33,923 nucleotides of DNA from Verrucomicrobiales bacterium (GTDB lineage: Bacteria > Verrucomicrobiota > Verrucomicrobiia > Verrucomicrobiales > V1-33): the NCBI GenBank assembly GCA_031411295.1, contig JANOAV010000029.1, positions 1-33,923 of the forward strand. The letters are read 5' to 3'. Below the pieces are notes generated by a model. The model worked only from the letters and a program-made list of their open reading frames with translations. It was not told where the DNA came from and made no database searches. A program made the position numbers and the translations under genes. This document shows, one piece after another, positions 1 to 9,128 of the stretch (position 1 is its first letter; every line of letters begins with the position of its first letter).

Positions 1-1
1 G

Positions 2-114
2 AGGAGCTGTCCCCGCACCCTGCGCCAACCCGTCAAAGCCTGGCCCAAAACCAAAATCCCCAGCTCCCAACCGCTCGTCAAAACCATCACCATCACCAAT
101 CCTTAAAGGCATTG
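2..114 (+). mobile_element. Probable 3' end of an IS4-like insertion sequence (transposase C-terminus plus terminal repeat)
   Basis: Frame from nt 2 reads RSCPRTLRQPVKAWPK...TNP* (TAA 104-106), resembling IS4-type transposase tails as I recall them. It ends in CCTTAAAGGCATTG, similar to CAATGCC..TTAAG-type IS ends, and lies at the window edge. Confidence 0.4.
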
Positions 115-288
115 GCTTTTAAGCGGTGCATCACTCCAAGCTCACTCTGCAAAACGGCTTTGCCTGTTCCTCCGCCTAAAGCTCGGGACTCCAACGCATG
201 TTCCTAATATATTCACCCTCAGGCCACTTAGTCATTTAGGAGGGAGCTGCTGCAGGGAAGGCTCGGAGCACCTTTGCTGGAGACCGCA

Positions 289-2835
289 TTATTGTTTCAC
301 GGCCCGGAAGAAAATCTTTCCGTTTACCGCGGTGGCCGTGCGTATGACTGGCAACCCTTGGACCGAGAGCGTTTCCGTGCCATCCGCCGTCCACGATCCC
401 TGGCTCAGATCGGGCGAGCGTTGGATCTGGTAGGTGGCGTTCAGCTCACCGTAAAGTTTAAAGGAAATCTGGCCGGTCCCACTGTCGTAGGCCACTTCCT
501 TGATTTCCGCCTGCACGGCCTGAGCCTTGGTTACGGTGTAGGCGACGATGCCATTAAAGGTATTGATAGCATAGGCTTTCCCAGACTTCACGACGACGGC
601 ACCCGTGCCGTTATTGTTAAGATTGTCGGTCGGGAAAAACTCCTGATCCAGCAGCGTCAGAGTCGTGGGGGAAACCGCAGGGTAGGGGACAGGGAGTTCG
701 AAAATTTGCACGTTGTCCGAGTTTTCCACCGAGACCCCCATCAGGCTTTGCGAAGCGAGGTCCACAGCGATGGGTCCGATGGAGCTGGGGAAGTTAGCGG
801 TCGAAAAGACCTTGAGTAACGTGGCGGTGGCATCCCCGCTGTCGAAGCTCATGTAGGTTAGGCCGCTGCCCAGCGCCTTGCCCCAGACCGTCGGTCCTTC
901 GCCAAAGGCAATCCCCAGCCCGAATGCGCTATTGGCGGCCCCGGTGGCGGTGATAGCGGTGAGGGTGAAGGTGGTGGTGTCCTGCGTCAACAGGAGGGCC
1001 AGCTTATTCACTGATCGCGCGCCCAGCATGATTTGGGTGGTTACACCGGCCCCCCGCACATCCATGTCATCGCCCAGCCGTGCCCCCAGCAGTGGGCCTG
1101 CGCCATCGACATCGAACGGATTGCCATCATAAATTACCGTTGGCTGCGTGGTCGGCTGATCGTCCGCCCAGCGATAGACCTTGAAGCTGCTGCCGTCGGT
1201 AACATTGCTCAGATTGCAGGCGTAAATCACCCCATCATCCGCCACTCCGACCATGTTGATGGGGAAATTCCCCCCACTCACCCCCGTCAGATCCAACACT
1301 CCCAGATCCGCTCCCGTCATGGCATCCAAGATGCGAATGGCGGGAGCAGGCGTGCGACTAACGACATATAATCGTTGCGTGGTCGGATGGTAATCGAGTC
1401 CCCGCTGGGTGTCATCATTTTGCAGATAGGCCCGACTCCCAGGAGCCAATTGCCACAGCGGGTTCAGCACCGCAGAGTTGGCACTTGGCAGCACCGTGAG
1501 GGTTGCCGGGATGCTGTCAGCAAATCCCCCACTGTTCGTTACGCGGCATTTATAAGCTCCGGCACTGGTCGGGAGGATTGGATTGAGCAGCAACGAAGGC
1601 AGCGTGGCTCCGTTCAGCGGGGCGTCGTCCTGATACCATTGGTAGGTCAAGGGCGGAGTGCCCGTGGCGGCCACGGAAAAGGTCGTTTGCCCGCGTTCCA
1701 GAGCGGAGCGTGCCGCGGGGCTGCCACTGATGCCGGGAGCCACTACATCCGGCGTAACCGTGATGTGAAATGCCTGGAGCCCATCATTAGTGGCACAGGA
1801 ATAGACGCGCCCGCCGCCAATGGCGACGGAACCAACGAGGTTCGCATTGAGATTATTCGAGCTAAGCCCTTCGGTATCGAGAATGGCGGGCGGTGCGCTG
1901 GGGGTGGAGATATCGTAGAGCCGCACTATTTCCGGGTTGTTCGTGGCCGAGGAGGCCGAGGCTCCGTTAAGTTCAATCGTCGCCAAATACTTCGCATCGT
2001 TGCTGAAAAAACTGCCCAAGGGAACCAATTGATCCCCGGCAATCGTGAAATCATTCAGGGTTGCGGCCGCACCCGTGGTTAGATTAAAACTACTCCGCCG
2101 CACCTTTTTTGCCGCCCCGCTGGCCTTGCTATAGAAAGTGTCTCCTTCGCCAAAGGTAATGCCTTTGCAGCCGCCGGATTCCATCCCTGACGGGAAAAAT
2201 TTAGGGGTGAAGGTGGTCCCATCCGTGGTCGTGAAAACGGCAAAGGCCACCCCGGAAGCACTGGGGGTGGTGATGGAGGCGGTGCCGATAATAATCTGGG
2301 TGTTCACCCCACTGCCCCGGACGGCCATGGTGTCCCCCCAGCGTTGCGGAGACAAGCTGTTGGTGCCATTGAGCCCCGAAGGATCCCCTGCGAACGCCAC
2401 CGTCGATGCCGTGCCGGCCACATCGCTTTCCCAACGATACAATTTAAAGGCCAACGCAGGGGTTGGCGTCACGGTGGTGGAGGGGATGGTTAAGTTGCAG
2501 GCATAAATCACCCCGGCCGCATCCACTCCAACATGGTTGATAGCGAAAGTTCCTCCAGACAACCCCGACGTATCCAGTAACCGAAGTTCGGAACCATCAC
2601 TCGCATCTAACACAACAAGCTTCGTGCCGCCAGCACGACTCGCCAACAGCAAATGATCATTCGTCGGGTTGTAAGCCACGCTGCGCTCCGTGCTCCCAGT
2701 GGTGATATAAGCCCGCTCTCCGGGTGGGATATCCCATACGGGCGGACTGTCCAGCGTGGTGCTGGCGGAGGCAAAGGTCGTCAACGCTGCAAGCAAGCTG
2801 ACGCTGAGATAAGTTGGATGATGAGCGAATGTCAT
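289..2835 (-). CDS. Secreted protein with two DUF4623-like beta-propeller repeats, a central Ig-like domain and a C-terminal sorting-type domain
   Basis: Signal peptide; duplicated segment (W..PG.R.Y...R..Y.PT...SR...LDA..G..L..LD..G.SGG.F.IN.VGV...GVIYACNL); Ig motif FSVAATGTPPLTYQWY...AGAYKCRVTN; C-terminal YQIQRSPDL..WT...FFRA. Confidence 0.8.
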   Translation of the reverse strand: MTFAHHPTYLSVSLLAALTTFASASTTLDSPPVWDIPPGERAYITTGSTERSVAYNPTNDHLLLASRAGGTKLVVLDASDGSELRLLDTSGLSGGTFAINHVGVDAAGVIYACNLTIPSTTVTPTPALAFKLYRWESDVAGTASTVAFAGDPSGLNGTNSLSPQRWGDTMAVRGSGVNTQIIIGTASITTPSASGVAFAVFTTTDGTTFTPKFFPSGMESGGCKGITFGEGDTFYSKASGAAKKVRRSSFNLTTGAAATLNDFTIAGDQLVPLGSFFSNDAKYLATIELNGASASSATNNPEIVRLYDISTPSAPPAILDTEGLSSNNLNANLVGSVAIGGGRVYSCATNDGLQAFHITVTPDVVAPGISGSPAARSALERGQTTFSVAATGTPPLTYQWYQDDAPLNGATLPSLLLNPILPTSAGAYKCRVTNSGGFADSIPATLTVLPSANSAVLNPLWQLAPGSRAYLQNDDTQRGLDYHPTTQRLYVVSRTPAPAIRILDAMTGADLGVLDLTGVSGGNFPINMVGVADDGVIYACNLSNVTDGSSFKVYRWADDQPTTQPTVIYDGNPFDVDGAGPLLGARLGDDMDVRGAGVTTQIMLGARSVNKLALLLTQDTTTFTLTAITATGAANSAFGLGIAFGEGPTVWGKALGSGLTYMSFDSGDATATLLKVFSTANFPSSIGPIAVDLASQSLMGVSVENSDNVQIFELPVPYPAVSPTTLTLLDQEFFPTDNLNNNGTGAVVVKSGKAYAINTFNGIVAYTVTKAQAVQAEIKEVAYDSGTGQISFKLYGELNATYQIQRSPDLSQGSWTADGTETLSVQGLPVIRTATAVNGKIFFRAVKQ

Positions 2836-2923
2836 ATCCTGCTTTTTAGCAAGAACCAGCCCAAGTAGTCAACCCTCTCGGATGGCAATCCGCCGAGTTC
2901 GCGTAGTTCTCGGAATTCAGAAG

Positions 2924-3112
2924 CTACTGAGAAAGTGGCAGGCCGAATGGGGTCGCGTAATGACTGGCTCGACTCCCTTGCCCCCACGGGCGACCGCTCA
3001 GCTCATCACCTGGATTGTGCGGCTTGGGCTTGGTGGGAGTGTCACTGGTGGTGGCGCAACTGCTCAAGCTACAGGCGAAACCTAGAGCCATTATCAAAGA
3101 ACGGAGGATCAT
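2924..3112 (-). CDS. Small lipoprotein
   Basis: 62 aa ORF with signal peptide and lipobox LSSC; lies 18 nt downstream of the coiled-coil gene on the same strand. Confidence 0.65.
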   Translation of the reverse strand: MILRSLIMALGFACSLSSCATTSDTPTKPKPHNPGDELSGRPWGQGSRASHYATPFGLPLSQ

Positions 3113-3130
3113 GGCGGTATGGGCTAAACC

Positions 3131-3916
3131 TTAGTTTTGGTTGTCAAAGATGACTTGATCACCAGGTTGGACGCCATTGCCTCCTTTGACGGATTTCAGA
3201 TCGATCTCGGCCACGGTTTGGTTGTTCTCAATCTGGGTGATGTTTAATTTACCAATCAGTTGCTGGCCGCGCTTCACGAGGAGTCGGGAATCAGTGCTGA
3301 CGCCGTCGGTTTTGCCCATGTTCACGATGCAGAAAGCCCAGTCAGGGTTGACGGCATTGATGATTCCTTCGCGTTGGCTAAGGGAGATGGATTTGGATCG
3401 TTGGGTCTGGGCTTCAGTGAAGCGACCGATGGTCTTACCGTTGTCAGCTACCAAGGCGGTGGTCACTTCGATTTCCTTTTCGAGGACAGCAAGTTTGGCA
3501 GCTTGAGCCTCGATCTCGGCACGCAGGGCGTCACGCTTGGCTTGCAGCTCATCAGGATTGCCGCCAAAGCCTTTGAGCTTCTCAGCGATTTCGTTCTTGA
3601 TACTGTCGATATCTCGTTGGATTTTTTCAGCCTCGGCCAGCACTGCTTTATCCTCAGTCTCTTTGGCGGCCTTGGTCTTTTCTTCGGTTTCCTTGGCGTA
3701 TTTGTCGCTTTCGAATTTCTTCTTTTCGTCCTGATACTTACCAATTTCCTCGGCAGCGAGCTTATTTTTTTCGTCAGTCTTGTCGAAATTAGCAAGAACC
3801 TGACGATTATATTCGTCCTTTTGCTTCCGGGTGTCGATGAACTTGGAACGGTTCATGACGCCGAGAACGACGGAACCGAGGATGCCGAGCAGGCCAATAA
3901 TTGCGAGTGGTTTCAT
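3131..3916 (-). CDS. Membrane-anchored coiled-coil protein with small C-terminal beta domain (hypothetical)
   Basis: N-terminal TM segment, K/E-rich heptads, C-terminal IINAVNPDWAFCIVNMG...VQPGDQV. Confidence 0.8.
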   Translation of the reverse strand: MKPLAIIGLLGILGSVVLGVMNRSKFIDTRKQKDEYNRQVLANFDKTDEKNKLAAEEIGKYQDEKKKFESDKYAKETEEKTKAAKETEDKAVLAEAEKIQRDIDSIKNEIAEKLKGFGGNPDELQAKRDALRAEIEAQAAKLAVLEKEIEVTTALVADNGKTIGRFTEAQTQRSKSISLSQREGIINAVNPDWAFCIVNMGKTDGVSTDSRLLVKRGQQLIGKLNITQIENNQTVAEIDLKSVKGGNGVQPGDQVIFDNQN

Positions 3917-3962
3917 GGGCTAGTGAAAATAGCGGAGTTGATAGGAGGAAAGGAGGGAAATC

Positions 3963-4937
3963 TTAGTTGGCAGGCATGGGAGCCTCTGGCGCTGCAGGGG
4001 CGGCTGGGGCGGCTGGGGCTTCGGGTGCAGCAGGTGCCGCAGCAGCGGAAGGAGCAAAAGGATCTGGGGCGGCCGGTGCAGCGGCGGCAGGTGCTGCTGG
4101 GGTGCCAGCACCAGCTGGAGCCGCCGAGGGGGCGCCCTGTTCTTCGATGACGGCTTTCTTCTCAGAAGATGCTTCATTGACCACCAAACGATCTCCCGGT
4201 TGGAGTTGGAGGCCAGCGGTCAAGGTGCCTGGGACGAGATCGCAGATGGCCGCGTTCGGCTGCACGTTGGTTACGACCAGAGTTGCGATCTTGTCAGCCC
4301 CACGTTTCACATCGAGCTTGGCATTCTTTACGACATTGGAAGTGTTACCACGATTGATTTGGATGAAGCCCCATTGGGTGTCGATGCTAGTGATGGAGGC
4401 GGTGAAAGCGTCAGGAAGGAGGCCGGTCTTTTGCATCAGGTCTTTCTTCTTCATGGCCGCAATTTGAGCTTCGGTCTGTTGCTTGCGTTGCAGTGCCAGC
4501 GTCTGCGTGGCCTCGCGCTGGGCAATGGTGGCCTCTTGCTCCGCTTTCTTGGCATTAAGAGTCATTAGCTCCTTGACGATAACTTCGATGCCCCCCATTT
4601 CAACGACTTTGGCATCGATTTGGGTCTTGTCTTTCTTGACGCCTTCCAGTTTGGCGGTGTCATCAGCCAGTTGCTTTTCGGCAGTTTCACGCTTGGCTTT
4701 AGCTTCGGACAAGTCCCGGTTCATTTGCTCGGCATCGCGCTTTTTGTCGCCATAGGCTTTGGCTTGAGCTTCGAGGTTGGCCGCCGATTGCTTGGCATGG
4801 GTATTAGAATCCTGAGCGTTCTTGGCCGCAGTCAGGTTGAGTTCTTTCTCCGTCTGAATCTGTTGCATGATCTTGAAATTAATACCTGCGGTGGCGAGCA
4901 ACAGAAGGCCGGAGATGATGAATAGTGGTTTCCACAT
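3963..4937 (-). CDS. Paralogous membrane-anchored coiled-coil protein with beta domain and Ala/Pro-rich tail (hypothetical)
   Basis: N-terminal TM segment, long coiled coil, ITSIDTQWGFIQINRG...LQPGDRL domain, AP-rich tail. Confidence 0.8.
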   Translation of the reverse strand: MWKPLFIISGLLLLATAGINFKIMQQIQTEKELNLTAAKNAQDSNTHAKQSAANLEAQAKAYGDKKRDAEQMNRDLSEAKAKRETAEKQLADDTAKLEGVKKDKTQIDAKVVEMGGIEVIVKELMTLNAKKAEQEATIAQREATQTLALQRKQQTEAQIAAMKKKDLMQKTGLLPDAFTASITSIDTQWGFIQINRGNTSNVVKNAKLDVKRGADKIATLVVTNVQPNAAICDLVPGTLTAGLQLQPGDRLVVNEASSEKKAVIEEQGAPSAAPAGAGTPAAPAAAAPAAPDPFAPSAAAAPAAPEAPAAPAAPAAPEAPMPAN

Positions 4938-5240
4938 AGGATTTTTACTTAGGCTGGGATTGGAAAATTTGCTGAGTTGTAACGATTTTCCATTGGATAC
5001 ACAACTGAAATCTGCGCGGCAAGAAAAAGATTTCAGAAAAGTGAAGTTTCTCGGACTTTATCCATGGAAATTGCTGTTTTTATCGAAATTCTGGTCTTTG
5101 ATGCGCTTTGCGGCCAAGCTTTGTTGCCACCAAGTGGGGTTTGAACATCTAAAATACAGGGATCTGGTTTCCGCTAGGCCTGAGTTGATCAGAGGAGCGA
5201 GCCTGATTGTAAACCATTGCGCAATTTTTCGAAGAAAAAG

Positions 5241-5296
5241 TTGACCAACCCACACTATATTGTGTATAGTCCCTGCTCAGCGTCGATATATGGTGG
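5241..5296 (+). promoter_or_regulatory. Sigma70-like promoter overlapped by tandem NrdR boxes
   Basis: -35 TTGACC 5241-5246 and -10 TATAGT 5265-5270. CCACACTATATTGTGT (5250-5265) and CGTCGATATATGGTGG (5281-5296) match acaCwAtATaTwGtgt, start 31 bp apart and lie upstream of nrdB. Confidence 0.75.
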
Positions 5297-5473
5297 GGTG
5301 TTCAATTTTCCTGATCAACCCACGAAACGTCGGCGTGAGCATTTTGTGCGGGCATAAATCCGGTGAATCGACATTGAGACGTGAGTCATCGAGTAATCCA
5401 GCGGCACGAAACCTGCATCATTTAGTTCTTCAACCTCATCCTTTACTCACTACCAACTGTTTCTCCTACCATC

Positions 5474-6556
5474 ATGGATAAAATCTTCGAAATCGGCCCG
5501 CGTAAATTTGTGCTCGACCAGGACAAAGCGGAAGCAGCCTTTCTGGCCAAGCGTGTTATCAATGGCCGTGATAGCATGACGTTTAATTTGTTGCCTTTAA
5601 AATACGTCTGGGCCTACGACCTCTACAAACAGATGAAGGCCAATCATTGGGAACCTGAAGACGTGCCTATGCAGCGAGACGCTGAGCAGTGGCGGTCAGA
5701 TGAAATTTCCGATGTGGAGCGGTGGATTATCCGCATGGGGATCGGTTACTTTAGCGCTGCTGAAGGAATTGTGGGTGACAATGTGATTCACGTGGTGCGG
5801 GAATTAGTAACTGCACCAGAGCTGAAATTGGTGCTGGGGCGCCACGCGCATGAAGAAAACATTCATGCGGACAGCCTGCTGTATATGATTTCCAGCCTTG
5901 GCATCAACCCGCATGAATGCGAGGCGATGTTCGAGCAAGTGGACACGATCAAGAAAAAGAATGAGTTCGTGACGGGGATCTCCAAGGCGCTGCGGCGGGA
6001 TTTGGATCTAACGCTGATCGAGAACAAGCAACTGTTGGCGAAAAATATTTTCGTCTTCGGTCAGTGTATGGAAGGCACCCAATTCTACGGGCTCTTCGGC
6101 ATGATCCTCAGTCTGTTCCGGCAAAACAAGTTTACCGGGATCGGGCAGATGTTCCAATACACGCTGCGGGATGAGTCGAATCACATCCAAGTCTTCCGCA
6201 ATTTATTCATGGATCTGGTGGAAGAGAATCCCGAAATCTGGACTCCGGACTTCCAGCAGGAACTGGTGGATACCATGCGGGAAGCGGTGCGTCTGGAGAA
6301 GGACTTCATCGCTGACTGTCTGCCCGTAAATAGTGTCGGGCTTAGCATTGCCGAGTTCTCGCAATACATCGACTTCATTGCCGATCGTCGTTTGGAAGAC
6401 TGTGGGCTGCCGACGCAGAACCCCGGGGTGGTGAATCCGCTGCCATGGCTGTCCACGCTGATGGACGTTAAGAAGGAACAGAATTTCTTCGAGACCCGGG
6501 TCACGGAATATCAGAAAGGCAGCGTGCTGGAAATGGGATCGGACGACGATCTCTAA
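5474..6556 (+). CDS. nrdB: Ribonucleotide reductase beta subunit, class Ic (R2c)-like
   Basis: HWEPEDVPM, AAEGIVGDN, EENIH, EGTQFY, RDESNH and C-terminal NFFETRVTEY motifs. Confidence 0.95.
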   Translation: MDKIFEIGPRKFVLDQDKAEAAFLAKRVINGRDSMTFNLLPLKYVWAYDLYKQMKANHWEPEDVPMQRDAEQWRSDEISDVERWIIRMGIGYFSAAEGIVGDNVIHVVRELVTAPELKLVLGRHAHEENIHADSLLYMISSLGINPHECEAMFEQVDTIKKKNEFVTGISKALRRDLDLTLIENKQLLAKNIFVFGQCMEGTQFYGLFGMILSLFRQNKFTGIGQMFQYTLRDESNHIQVFRNLFMDLVEENPEIWTPDFQQELVDTMREAVRLEKDFIADCLPVNSVGLSIAEFSQYIDFIADRRLEDCGLPTQNPGVVNPLPWLSTLMDVKKEQNFFETRVTEYQKGSVLEMGSDDDL

Positions 6557-6579
6557 CGTTTTGTGTTAACGTGGTGTGC

Positions 6580-6618
6580 AGGCGCGGAGACCGTAGGGTT
6601 TCCGCGCCTCTTCGTTTA
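6580..6618 (+). terminator. Hairpin terminator between convergent nrdB and prmA
   Basis: AGGCGCGGAGACC-GTAG-GGTTTCCGCGCCT followed by CTTCGTTT. Confidence 0.6.
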
Positions 6619-6652
6619 CGTTTATGGTTGCTTGGTGGCCAGAATTGTCGCT

Positions 6653-7492
6653 TCAGACCTTGTGGGCTTTAACCGTGGCCCATTTCCCTTTGATGATCGG
6701 TTCGTCGTGGATCAATCCGGCCGCCACGGCGGCCGCCAGACAGGATTCGAGCTGCGTGACCAGGATGCCGCTGACAAAAATCGTGGCATTGGGTGCGGCT
6801 GCGGCAGCGATCTTAGGAAAAGCTGCCGTCAGCACGTCGTGGAAAATATTGGCGGCAATGAGATCGTAGGTCCGCGAGGGAGTCCATGCGAGCACGTCTT
6901 GTTTGAAGAAATTGATGCCGGGGAGCTTGTTCAGTTTGGCGTTTTTCTTGCTGATCGTAACTGCCGCTGGATCGTAGTCGCAGGCGTCGATCTTTCCCGC
7001 GCCCAGTGCTTTGGCCGCCAGTGCCAGGATACCTGTGCCGCAGCCCAGATCCAGCACGTCCCACGGAGCTTTCTTGTGGGCCAGGGCGAAATCAACTAGC
7101 AATCGCAGGCAAGTGCTGGTGGTGGCGTGATCCCCGGTTCCAAAGGCCATTTCTCCAGGGATGCAGAGGATGCTGATTTCGGGATGCTCCTGGCGCAATT
7201 TCTCGGCAACTTCTTCCGTGTGAGCAATGATCAGCTTTCCGCGCACGTTGATCGGTTGCAGGCTCTTGGCGCTTTCCGCGGCCCAGTTGCGGTTTTTGAG
7301 TTCCCGGACGGTGCCGCCGAATTGCTTCTGAATGGCCAGGGCGTTCTGTTCGCGATTACAATAGACTTCGACCCGAATGCGCTTGCCGCCAGGGAGGTAG
7401 GAAATGACAAGGTTGGTGTTGGCGGCCGCATGGAAACGTTCTTCCCAGGCGTCCTCCCACTTGGTGGAGCTAAGTTTTGACCAGATAAACAT
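6653..7492 (-). CDS. prmA: Ribosomal protein L11 methyltransferase
   Basis: MAFGTGDHATT, VLDLGCGTGILA, DLIAANI and SGIL motifs. Confidence 0.85.
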   Translation of the reverse strand: MFIWSKLSSTKWEDAWEERFHAAANTNLVISYLPGGKRIRVEVYCNREQNALAIQKQFGGTVRELKNRNWAAESAKSLQPINVRGKLIIAHTEEVAEKLRQEHPEISILCIPGEMAFGTGDHATTSTCLRLLVDFALAHKKAPWDVLDLGCGTGILALAAKALGAGKIDACDYDPAAVTISKKNAKLNKLPGINFFKQDVLAWTPSRTYDLIAANIFHDVLTAAFPKIAAAAAPNATIFVSGILVTQLESCLAAAVAAGLIHDEPIIKGKWATVKAHKV

Positions 7493-7632
7493 AAAGTGAA
7501 ATTGCTGGCCGGGTTAAACGATGACCGGACCAGCCAAGATCATAGGCAGGAAATTTCCGAAGCGCAATCTGGGGTTCAGCGCACTCCAAAAATCCATCGC
7601 CCAGTTGGAAGTTGTCCTCGCGGGGGCCTTAA

Positions 7633-7723
7633 GTAGTCAGGGGCTTTAGCCCGCAAGCCTGTCCCGGTGGATTCAGATGTCTGATTCACGGGGAGGGTTC
7701 GACGGGCTGAAGCCCTGAACTAC
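7633..7723. repeat. Inverted pair of GTAG-type REP-like palindromes
   Basis: GTAGTCAGGGGCTTTAGCCCG (7633-7653) and CGGGCTGAAGCCCTGAACTAC (7703-7723) are near reverse complements. Confidence 0.7.
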
Positions 7724-7730
7724 GGTGGCG

Positions 7731-8228
7731 TTACTTCGCCTTCTTGGCGTCCTTGTCCTTGCTGTGGTCGTGCTCACCATGCTCGCAGGTGCAGGCATAC
7801 TCGAGATACTTGCAGGTCGGGCACTTTTCGAGATTGAGGTTGAACTTCTCCAACACCGCCTTGGCCTTGGCGGTGGTCTTGATTTGGACCACGGTGGGGT
7901 GGTCGTTGCCGGCAGGAATCACTTTATCGGAAATGAGTTTGTCTCCGTCCTTGGTGAAAGTCAACTTGGTGGGGGCAGCACGATCACCCAGAGTCACAGT
8001 GATGACTTGCTCGGCGGGGGCGACTACTTTCATGTCGTCGTTCACAAAACGGATTTCGACTTTCTTTTCCTTGTTCACGAAGAACTCCACATGGGGTTCG
8101 ACTTCGGTGATTAATCTGCCGCCGGTGGGACCAGCCTTGAGGGAATGATCGTGTTTCTCTTCTGCATTAACTTGCAGGCTAAGGCCGAGGGCGAGGGCCG
8201 CAATCGTGAGGATGGATTTTAATTTCAT
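7731..8228 (-). CDS. Secreted putative metal-binding protein (His-rich, CxxC-x6-CxC)
   Basis: Signal peptide, HDH, GPTGGR, CPTCKYLEYACTCEHGEHDH; last gene of the RND efflux cluster. Confidence 0.8.
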   Translation of the reverse strand: MKLKSILTIAALALGLSLQVNAEEKHDHSLKAGPTGGRLITEVEPHVEFFVNKEKKVEIRFVNDDMKVVAPAEQVITVTLGDRAAPTKLTFTKDGDKLISDKVIPAGNDHPTVVQIKTTAKAKAVLEKFNLNLEKCPTCKYLEYACTCEHGEHDHSKDKDAKKAK

Positions 8229-8310
8229 GGTGGTTGTTTGGTTTGGTTGGGGTGGATTTGGGTTTGCCTTGGCAGCACAGGGTTTGACGCTGTGATGAGT
8301 TGGATATTCA

Positions 8311-9102
8311 TTATTCCTTCAGCTTCGCGTTGGCAATCTCGGCGGGGTAAAGTTTCTTCATCTCCGCGACTGCTTTGTCCACGGCTGCAAGGTTGGCTTT
8401 GGCGGCCTCTGGGGTGCGGGCCGCTCCGGCAGCGCGAATGGCGGCTACGGCTTGGGTGGCAGACTCCACGAGCGTTTTGGCGGCGGCGGATTGCTCGGTG
8501 GATTTGCCGGGCAGGGCGGCTAGCAGTAATGGAAAGGCGTCGGTGACTTCATCCATCGCTTGGAAATCGCGTTCCTTGAGAGCTTCGGTTAGTTCACCAT
8601 GATGTCCGTTAATCTCAGCCCAGAGGCCTTTGAGATCAGCCGGGACTGCGACCTCTTTGCCGCTGCCCTTGTTGCCGCAGAGGCAGATCCACTCGGGCTT
8701 TTTGCATTCTGCGCAGATGGTGGCGTTATAGTGCACGCGGAACGTGATCGATTTCGCGGCGGGCTTTTCTTTCAGTTGGAAGATGCACCAATAATCCTCC
8801 CCTTTGGGCAAGGGGGCTACGAATTCGTTCCCTTCTTTCGTAACCGCAAGTTTCGCTGCGCTGCCGCGTTCTCCGGCCGTGATCACAAGGATTTGTTCGG
8901 AGAGCGGAATCGCCTTGAGATCTTTATCCAGTAAGGTAATGCGGGCCTTCCCGTCCTTGGCGTTAAACTCTGCACTGGGTGTGGTCGTGGAATCTAGATA
9001 GGCAATGCGGCCTTGCCCCGGCCCGACGGTAATATGCTCGTGAGCGCTGGCGGTGCACAGGCTGAGGGCGAGCGTGAGAATAGTTGCTAGTTTATGCTTC
9101 AT
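8311..9102 (-). CDS. Secreted putative metal-binding protein (CxxC-x6-CxC domain plus helical C-terminal domain)
   Basis: Signal peptide, HEH, GPGQGR, CAECKKPEWICLC; N-terminal domain is paralogous to 7731-8228. Confidence 0.8.
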   Translation of the reverse strand: MKHKLATILTLALSLCTASAHEHITVGPGQGRIAYLDSTTTPSAEFNAKDGKARITLLDKDLKAIPLSEQILVITAGERGSAAKLAVTKEGNEFVAPLPKGEDYWCIFQLKEKPAAKSITFRVHYNATICAECKKPEWICLCGNKGSGKEVAVPADLKGLWAEINGHHGELTEALKERDFQAMDEVTDAFPLLLAALPGKSTEQSAAAKTLVESATQAVAAIRAAGAARTPEAAKANLAAVDKAVAEMKKLYPAEIANAKLKE

Positions 9103-9128
9103 AGTCGTGGGTTCAGTGGGTTCATAAA

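Noticed and set aside
274..2506. Long plus-strand ORFs opposite the DUF4623-like gene (and similar ones opposite the RND, TolC and DUF1553 genes)
   Set aside because: Antisense shadow ORFs typical of GC-rich DNA, with no recognisable motifs.
3963..4130. GC-rich quasi-repeats
   Set aside because: They simply encode the Ala/Pro low-complexity tail; not a CRISPR array or DNA element.
5297..5473. Long nrdB leader as a possible riboswitch (e.g. cobalamin)
   Set aside because: No B12-box or other conserved riboswitch motif recognised; the NrdR boxes account for regulation.
6594..6616. TAGGGTTT...CGTT resembling a third ECF promoter
   Set aside because: Spacing is 2 nt shorter, it is part of the nrdB terminator hairpin, and it points antisense into prmA.
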